Translations under genes and position numbers: made by a program | In this document: piece after piece, positions 49,254-55,679 of the stretch | Position numbering within the stretch: the stretch's first letter is position 1 | How the letters are laid out: the number at the start of each line of letters is the position of its first letter | Origin: an uncultured virus (IMG/VR IMGVR_UViG_3300042878_002054) | Taxonomy: Duplodnaviria; Heunggongvirae; Uroviricota; Caudoviricetes | DNA length: 64,000 nt | Strand: one strand, 5' to 3' | IMG/VR virus record: IMGVR_UViG_3300042878_002054 | Notes under the pieces: generated by a model | The model's input: the letters and a program-made list of their open reading frames with translations, nothing else | What the model was told of the DNA's origin: nothing | The model's database searches: none

Positions 49254-50519
49254 ATGGAAACTGAGATCCTGGCCAGAAAGGCCTTAGAAATATTGAAATC
49301 GAAATGGGGTCTGCCTCAAAAGGGATTTTTGGCAGGAGGCTCTTTAGCCAACACAATATGGGAATTACACTCTGGAAACCCAGCAGTTGTGAATGATCTT
49401 GATATATTCCTTTTTGAAGGAAAGATTGATAATCAAGAAGAGATAAGTAGAGAAGATTCTTTGTTTAGATTCAAAGAAGAAGATGTTAGATACTACGAAG
49501 ACTACACAGGAATGTGCTGGAATAGTTATACAAAAGACTTTTATACTATAACTTCTTCTGAAAAGAAAGGAATATTCAATGAGATTGGATATAAAGCATC
49601 TACGGATGAACAAGGTATAATCCTTAACTCTTTTGATATAAATGCAACCAGAGTAGGATATTCGATTGAAGAAGATAAGTTCTACATCACAAAGGACTTT
49701 GAAGATTTCTTAAATACTGGTGAGTTGAAGATTTGTAATATACAGACTCCTTCACACACAGCCATAAGGATTGCCAAGAAAAGTAAAGAGCTTAATGCCA
49801 AGCTTGACGAAATGGAGTTTAAACTTATCTCATATTGTTTGTCTCGATGCTTTTCCGATGTGAACAAATTTAGATTCAAAGAAAGATATTTTGAGATGTT
49901 TCAACAAAATAAAAATTTGTTAGAACCTTACTTTAAAATAGAAAGAGATAAAGAGATTGAGGAATTTCTAAAACTACATAAAAATGTTGATACTGAGTTG
50001 TATGGTCTTACGAACACTGACTACTTCTTACCGATAAAGGAACAAGAAAGTAAAGACTATGATATTCTTTCATTATTAGAAACAAACAATATCTTCAATG
50101 ATGACAACCTGGGAAAACTACATACTTCAAAAGATTTTCTTTTCTATATCAGAAACGTGTTCGGAACAGAAATGGAGCAAATCTGGGAAAAGATATACTA
50201 CTTCTACACAGATTGTGGATATGTAGATATGGAAGTTTCTAAAGAAGATCTTGACTTATTAAAAAGACTTGGTGATTATGCACCAAAGTCGATTGAGAGT
50301 CTTAAAGGAATGAAGATGTCTCAACAGCTTTCTTTGGTAAAAAAGCTGTTGGATATATACAAAGAAGATCCTATAATAGCAATCTCTATTTTAGAGAAAG
50401 GTAATGTCGGTCTTTATGATGATTTAGATGATGAATGTAATCAACTTCTTTTAGAACTAAGCGTTCGTAAAGAGATTGTGAACGACACAAAAAACAAAGT
50501 CGGAAATATATTAGGATAA
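49254..50519 (+). CDS. nucleotidyltransferase (Pol-beta superfamily)-like protein
   Basis: FLAGGSL...NDLDIF and FDIN motifs. Confidence 0.6.
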   Translation: METEILARKALEILKSKWGLPQKGFLAGGSLANTIWELHSGNPAVVNDLDIFLFEGKIDNQEEISREDSLFRFKEEDVRYYEDYTGMCWNSYTKDFYTITSSEKKGIFNEIGYKASTDEQGIILNSFDINATRVGYSIEEDKFYITKDFEDFLNTGELKICNIQTPSHTAIRIAKKSKELNAKLDEMEFKLISYCLSRCFSDVNKFRFKERYFEMFQQNKNLLEPYFKIERDKEIEEFLKLHKNVDTELYGLTNTDYFLPIKEQESKDYDILSLLETNNIFNDDNLGKLHTSKDFLFYIRNVFGTEMEQIWEKIYYFYTDCGYVDMEVSKEDLDLLKRLGDYAPKSIESLKGMKMSQQLSLVKKLLDIYKEDPIIAISILEKGNVGLYDDLDDECNQLLLELSVRKEIVNDTKNKVGNILG

Positions 50520-50576
50520 AGCCAGAACTTTATAACAATAGGTTTATATAAATAAAACAAAAAACAATATAATAAT

Positions 50577-50921
50577 ATGATTGCATATATTACTGAATTA
50601 AATACAGAAAACTTTGAAAGTTTTACAAAAAATGAACTAACTTTAGTAGATGTTTGGGCTCCTTGGTGTGGACCGTGCAAAATGATTTCTCCTTTAGTAG
50701 ATGAAATCTCAAATACGTATCACGGAAGATTGTCTGTTGGTAAACTTAACGCAGATGAGAACAGAGACATCGTTGCTGATCTTGGTGTTAGAAACATCCC
50801 TACTATTCTTCTTTACAAAAACGGAGAGTTGGTAAAAGACGAAAACGGAGTTATTGAAAAACTTGTAGGTTCTGTTGATAGACAAAAATTGACAGACTTT
50901 GTAGAAAAACAATTAAACTAA
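50577..50921 (+). CDS. trxA: thioredoxin
   Basis: WAPWCGPCKMI, cis-Pro motif NIPT. Confidence 0.95.
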   Translation: MIAYITELNTENFESFTKNELTLVDVWAPWCGPCKMISPLVDEISNTYHGRLSVGKLNADENRDIVADLGVRNIPTILLYKNGELVKDENGVIEKLVGSVDRQKLTDFVEKQLN

Positions 50922-50927
50922 TCCTTT

Positions 50928-51506
50928 ATGAAACCAATCAATAAAATATTCGAATATCTTAAAGAATCGAATCTTACTATGATTGGCTATAAGTACCAGG
51001 ATGAACGGATAAAAGACGAACTCATTTCAAAATTACCTCACATAGAGATTTTTGAATTTGATTCGTCTTTTTCTGTTATGTCTGCCTTAAAGCGAACAAT
51101 AAGAGATAAAAAGATTGGCTCTGTGTTGGATGGTGAAGAATTTTCAAATACAAACTTTTTAGTAGTCGATTTGGGAAATTTCAGCATGTCAAAATCAGAA
51201 TCTGCATTTGAAAGGAGTAGACACATATCTGAATTTGTCGGACAAATGAGAAAAGAGGTGTTGGAAACCAAATATAGTTTGATTATACTCTCACCAGTAA
51301 ACTCAACAATGGGATCTGCCTTAGGTAATGATATACCATCTTTCAGTGGAGGAAATAGAAGCATTTACATGGCAGACATGGCTTATGTGATAGAAGGAAG
51401 AAAAATAAAGATAATAAAGAACAGATTCGATGGTGATAATATAACAATATCGCTTGATAATCTAAAAGATTATAAGTACATTTGTAGCTATGAAAATAAC
51501 AAGTAA
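50928..51506 (+). CDS. degenerate RecA/DnaB-fold fragment without Walker A, carrying RDKKIGSVL
   Basis: FLVVD, IILSPVN, SGG.RSIYMAD, IIKNRFDG; no GxxxxGK[ST]. Confidence 0.55.
   Translation: MKPINKIFEYLKESNLTMIGYKYQDERIKDELISKLPHIEIFEFDSSFSVMSALKRTIRDKKIGSVLDGEEFSNTNFLVVDLGNFSMSKSESAFERSRHISEFVGQMRKEVLETKYSLIILSPVNSTMGSALGNDIPSFSGGNRSIYMADMAYVIEGRKIKIIKNRFDGDNITISLDNLKDYKYICSYENNK
51453..51484 (+). promoter_or_regulatory. Bacteroidota sigmaA-type promoter CTTG-N20-TACATTTG
   Basis: 5 nt before the smpB ATG. Confidence 0.55.
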
Positions 51507-51933
51507 CAGAAAAGCATATTTTGAATATTCGGTACTCGAGTCTTTTGACGCTGGTATAAAACTTATTGGTAATGAAGTGAAGTCAATTCGAAGAAGTGAT
51601 GTTACTATTGCAGATTCTTTCGTCTATATAAAGAACGGTGAGTTGTTTATCAAAAACATGAAAGTCGCCAAATACAAACAATCTCATATGCTTGACAAAC
51701 ACGACGAAAATAGAGAAAAGAAACTTCTTTTGAATAGACGTGAAATAAATAAGATTGAGAAACTTATTCAAGCTGTGGGTACTACTATCATACCATTAGA
51801 AGTATTCATATCTAAGAACTTGATAAAAGTCAAAATTGGTGTATGTAAAGGTAAAAAACTTTGGAACAAAAAAGAGGATATCAAAAGCAGAGACATTGAT
51901 AGAGACTCAAAAAGAGAATTGAGTGATAGATAA
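51490..51933 (+). CDS. smpB: SsrA-binding protein SmpB
   Basis: NRKAYFEY...AGIKLIGNEVKSIR...KLLLNRREI...GKKLWNK.EDIK.RD. Confidence 0.95.
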   Translation: MKITSNRKAYFEYSVLESFDAGIKLIGNEVKSIRRSDVTIADSFVYIKNGELFIKNMKVAKYKQSHMLDKHDENREKKLLLNRREINKIEKLIQAVGTTIIPLEVFISKNLIKVKIGVCKGKKLWNKKEDIKSRDIDRDSKRELSDR

Positions 51934-52283
51934 TGGCTAAGAGTAAAGAAGAATTTGATATTGCGATAGAAGAATTAAAATCCGCAAATACTGAAGAGAG
52001 TATTATAAAACAACTAACTCTTATAGTAAAAAGGTTTAGTGTTCCTATGTACAAAGAAATGGTATTATCAAATCCTTATTACAAAGATCTTTTCATAGAA
52101 ATCAAAGAAGATGTTCTTTTTGATTTAGAAAGACTAAAGGAAACAATAAACGAAGAGATAAAATCAATCGACACAGAACTTAGAAAAGATTTGGCACCAT
52201 TAAAACTAAAAGAGCTTAAAGGTGACTGTATATCACTTCTATATGAAGTAGAAAGAAAAATATCAGAAATAGAATCTATATAA
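51933..52283 (+). CDS. hypothetical helical protein
   Basis: TAATG-coupled to smpB. Confidence 0.7.
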   Translation: MAKSKEEFDIAIEELKSANTEESIIKQLTLIVKRFSVPMYKEMVLSNPYYKDLFIEIKEDVLFDLERLKETINEEIKSIDTELRKDLAPLKLKELKGDCISLLYEVERKISEIESI

Positions 52284-52311
52284 AAAAAGAGAGCAAATGC
52301 TCTCTTTTTTT
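52282..52311. terminator. bidirectional intrinsic terminator
   Basis: AAAAAAAGAGAGCA-AA-TGCTCTCTTTTTTT. Confidence 0.85.
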
Positions 52312-52352
52312 ATTTCAGTATTTTTTAAGTAATTTATTTTTACTTTCATCCA

Positions 52353-53246
52353 TTACATATCCTTCTTTTGTGGCAACATATACTTTATTTTTGATATTAT
52401 CTGTTTTGAATCAAACAATACATTTGGTGGTGTTGCTAACTGAATTGGATCTCCTAATATATCGTATGGTTCGTATACACTATTCTTTAAGCTTCCTTTT
52501 TCAAACTCACATTCTATGTTGTTGTGTATAGAATATCCAAGTGTGTTTGGAGAGTTTGCAATCCAAAGAACATTAGATGGTAATGATAAAGATGCTGCAA
52601 CATGTTGCATATAAGAATCTATAAAGAATCTTTTATCAGACTCTAATAAAGAAAGTGCCAATTGTCTAGCGTTAAGAGAAAGATATTCTACATTATTCAA
52701 CGAAAGCTGGTCTTGTCTTTTTACCTGAATAACTCTATAATCTTTAGACATATAATCTATGACATCCTGTGCCAAAGATGGTGGCATATCTCTAGCCCAA
52801 GAGTATTTGTGAGCCTGACCTTCCGATCCACCGAATGGGTGTATCATAAAGATAGGTCTGTCTTTGTTTATTAGAGTAGATACAAAATCGGACTCTAATT
52901 TTGTGAAGTACAGTTCTGGTTTCTCTCCATCCCATTCAACACCACAAAGTTCACACCATAACTGAGTGATGTGTTTTGTTTTAAAGATGTAGTCTTGGTG
53001 TCTGTATGGTTCATGTAGAAAAAGAATAGTATCTTTTCCGTCGATGAAATCATTGTAAAAATAAGATATTTGTCCGAATTGATAAATTCGATAAATTCGA
53101 GGATTGCATTCCCAAATATCAGGGTATGCGGTTACTATTATTATTTTCCTATCTGGAAAACTTTTAGATATTGCTCTTACGACCGCTGTAGATACAACGT
53201 TCTTTCCAATACCTCCTTCTATTTGAAAAACTACATATTTATCCAT
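52353..53246 (-). CDS. GT-B fold glycosyltransferase (GT9/heptosyltransferase-like)
   Basis: EGGIGKNV.ST.VVRAI.K.FPDRKIIIV, IHPFGG, FIDSYMQHVAASL.LP..VLW. Confidence 0.75.
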   Translation of the reverse strand: MDKYVVFQIEGGIGKNVVSTAVVRAISKSFPDRKIIIVTAYPDIWECNPRIYRIYQFGQISYFYNDFIDGKDTILFLHEPYRHQDYIFKTKHITQLWCELCGVEWDGEKPELYFTKLESDFVSTLINKDRPIFMIHPFGGSEGQAHKYSWARDMPPSLAQDVIDYMSKDYRVIQVKRQDQLSLNNVEYLSLNARQLALSLLESDKRFFIDSYMQHVAASLSLPSNVLWIANSPNTLGYSIHNNIECEFEKGSLKNSVYEPYDILGDPIQLATPPNVLFDSKQIISKIKYMLPQKKDM

Positions 53247-53272
53247 ATCATGTTATATATGATATGGATAAA
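53238..53272 (-). promoter_or_regulatory. 14-bp perfect inverted repeat covering the glycosyltransferase start codon
   Basis: TTTATCCATATCAT-gttatat-ATGATATGGATAAA. Confidence 0.7.
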
Positions 53273-53285
53273 ATGTTTATTTTTT

Positions 53286-53672
53286 TTATAAACCACTAGC
53301 ATCCGAAGCAGTACCTGATGTTGCTTCTGGAGTTGCTTCTGGAGTTACCTCTGGAGTTGCTTCTGGAGTTGCCTCTGGAGTTGCCTCTGGAGTTGCCTCA
53401 GGAACTACTTCAACAACCGGTTCTGGTTCTATTACTTTAACCATTTCTAACCTAGAAAGAATCAAGTCTTCAATATAATCATCAGAATTCCAAGCATCAT
53501 ACTCATTACCTTGTATTTCCACGTTTGTCATTGAGAAAAAATTGCCATTTTGATCATACAATCTTACTGGGAAACTTGCATATCTATCTTTCATAGAAAT
53601 ATTACCATCTAATATTTCTATAGATGTTATAGTATGAACATTTATTAGTTCTTTGTTTTCTATTTTTATCAT
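53286..53672 (-). CDS. small fibre-associated protein with a PEAT-repeat tail
   Basis: Follows the fibre gene; seven PE(A/V)T units. Confidence 0.7.
   Translation of the reverse strand: MIKIENKELINVHTITSIEILDGNISMKDRYASFPVRLYDQNGNFFSMTNVEIQGNEYDAWNSDDYIEDLILSRLEMVKVIEPEPVVEVVPEATPEATPEATPEATPEVTPEATPEATSGTASDASGL
53320..53403 (-). repeat. 12-bp coding tandem repeat (PEAT)n
   Basis: GTTGCYTCTGGA units on the plus strand. Confidence 0.9.
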
Positions 53673-53689
53673 ATTTAAAATTTTATTTT

Positions 53690-55570
53690 TTAGTAATATA
53701 TTGGTATTTTAACATCTACACCATTTATTTTGGCATTAAGGAAGTGAGAAAAAACTCCACTACTTGCAGTAGCTATAGTAACCGTAGTTGATGCAATAAC
53801 CAGCTGGTTATTTGCGGTAGGTGTCGCACAAGCACCTATTGCAATGGTGTCGCTAAAATTAGATGTAACCGCAACACAAGCACCTAAGAAAGTATTATTC
53901 TGTCCAGTCGTATTTCCTCTACCGGTTAGAGTACCTATAAATATGTTGTTATTACCACTTAATTTAAGCGAACCTGTTTCTTTTCCAATAAAAACGTTTC
54001 TTTGACCGGTATTTCTAAGATTGGCAGCAGCTCCTTGTCCTTTACCACTATCATATCCAATATAAATATTTTCACGTACACCTGGACCCGTTCCACCACC
54101 ACTACCAGCGTATTGACCAGAATAAAGTCCAATATATACATTTGCTAATGGGTTGTTGTCTGTAAAACCGGATTGATATCCTATAAAAGTATTGAAACAT
54201 CCACAATAATTACCTTTACCGGCTTCGTGTCCTATAAAAGTATTAAGCTCTGAAATTCTAGTGACGTTGACCGGAGGAACTCCTGTAGGGGTTACGGTGG
54301 TACTAGTATTAAGTCCTGCCTGCCAACCAAGAAAGAAATTTCCATTACCTCCTAGATTATTATTACCAGCACCAGCACCAAGAAAGAAGTTGTTTGTACC
54401 AGTAGTATTCGCCTGACCTGCACCGACACCCATAAAAACGTTTCCGTTCGCGATATTGCTGGCTCCTGCGTTATTTCCTATGATTATGTTACAAGATGCT
54501 GTTATACCAAGTCTACCCGCATTCGAGCCTATATATATGTTTCTTTCACCAGTAGAGTTTGATGCACCTGTATTAGTACCAATAAATGTATTATCAAGTC
54601 CTGTAGTATTTAAAAGTCCTGAATAAGCACCAATGAATGTATTTGAATCTACCATATTGTTTAGACCTGCGTTGTATCCAATAAATGTATTGAAACTTGC
54701 AGTATATCCTGCCGTAGGTCCGAATCCGGAACCCGCACCAACATAGGTGTTAGAAGATCCGTTATAGTTATTTACACCGGTATCATGTCCAAAATAAACG
54801 TTATCTGTTCCTGTTAAATTTGAGTTACCTGCAAAGGCTCCAACAAATGTATTTGAACCAGTAAGTGAAGAAGCACCTGCATATGCACCTACTGCAGTCA
54901 TGTGTTCTAGGTTATTGGCAAAACCACCTGCAGAATATCCTACAAGAGTACTTTCACATGATGCTGTTGTAAAAGCACCTGCTGCATATCCAACAAAAAC
55001 GTTTCTACCTGAAAAAGTATTTAGATTTGTCGAGAATCCTGCACCAGATCCAATATAGGTATTTCGAGAACCACACTGATTGTTGTTACCTGAAGAATCT
55101 CCTAAGAATACATTATCATTACCAATCGTGTTTCTTCTACCTGAACCAAATCCAATAAAAGTATTACTATTTCCTGTTGTATTCACACCACCTGCAGACG
55201 CACCCATAAAAGTGTTCGATCTACCAGTTGTCATAGAACGACCTGCATTAAATCCAACCAATGTGTTGTTTACAGAAATAGTTCCCGAAAGTAATCCACT
55301 TTGATTATTGAAATGTAGCGAGTTAGAACTAAATTGTGCAACACCAAAAGATGTAAGACCGGGAGTTGGCTTTCCATCGTTTATCTGAAAAGAAAACGCA
55401 GGACTCGCCGCCAAAACACCTGCAGAACCTGCAGAACTAGCACTTGCCCATCTTACGATGTTATCATCTCCGACTACTAAGTATTTACTAGATTGTGTTA
55501 TACCAGATGCGGTTGCAACTGATGAAGTTGCGATTGCCAGACCTTTTCTGACGTAAAATTCATTTGCCAT
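53690..55570 (-). CDS. beta-roll/beta-helix fibre or spike protein (YadA-head-like N.F.G..AG repeats)
   Basis: More than 25 repeats of about 14 aa, NTFIG..AG..NTTG. Confidence 0.75.
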   Translation of the reverse strand: MANEFYVRKGLAIATSSVATASGITQSSKYLVVGDDNIVRWASASSAGSAGVLAASPAFSFQINDGKPTPGLTSFGVAQFSSNSLHFNNQSGLLSGTISVNNTLVGFNAGRSMTTGRSNTFMGASAGGVNTTGNSNTFIGFGSGRRNTIGNDNVFLGDSSGNNNQCGSRNTYIGSGAGFSTNLNTFSGRNVFVGYAAGAFTTASCESTLVGYSAGGFANNLEHMTAVGAYAGASSLTGSNTFVGAFAGNSNLTGTDNVYFGHDTGVNNYNGSSNTYVGAGSGFGPTAGYTASFNTFIGYNAGLNNMVDSNTFIGAYSGLLNTTGLDNTFIGTNTGASNSTGERNIYIGSNAGRLGITASCNIIIGNNAGASNIANGNVFMGVGAGQANTTGTNNFFLGAGAGNNNLGGNGNFFLGWQAGLNTSTTVTPTGVPPVNVTRISELNTFIGHEAGKGNYCGCFNTFIGYQSGFTDNNPLANVYIGLYSGQYAGSGGGTGPGVRENIYIGYDSGKGQGAAANLRNTGQRNVFIGKETGSLKLSGNNNIFIGTLTGRGNTTGQNNTFLGACVAVTSNFSDTIAIGACATPTANNQLVIASTTVTIATASSGVFSHFLNAKINGVDVKIPIYY

Positions 55571-55644
55571 TTAAAAAAACTTTATTTTTTCACTTTCCAA
55601 AACAAGTTATGTTGTATATATTAAATATTTTTATACATAAAAAG

Positions 55645-55673
55645 AAAAAATCCAAGATAACTTGGATTTTTTT
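55645..55673 (-). terminator. intrinsic terminator hairpin
   Basis: AAAAAATCCAAG-ATAA-CTTGGATTTTTTT just downstream of the 2155-aa gene. Confidence 0.8.
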
Positions 55674-55679
55674 ACTTTT

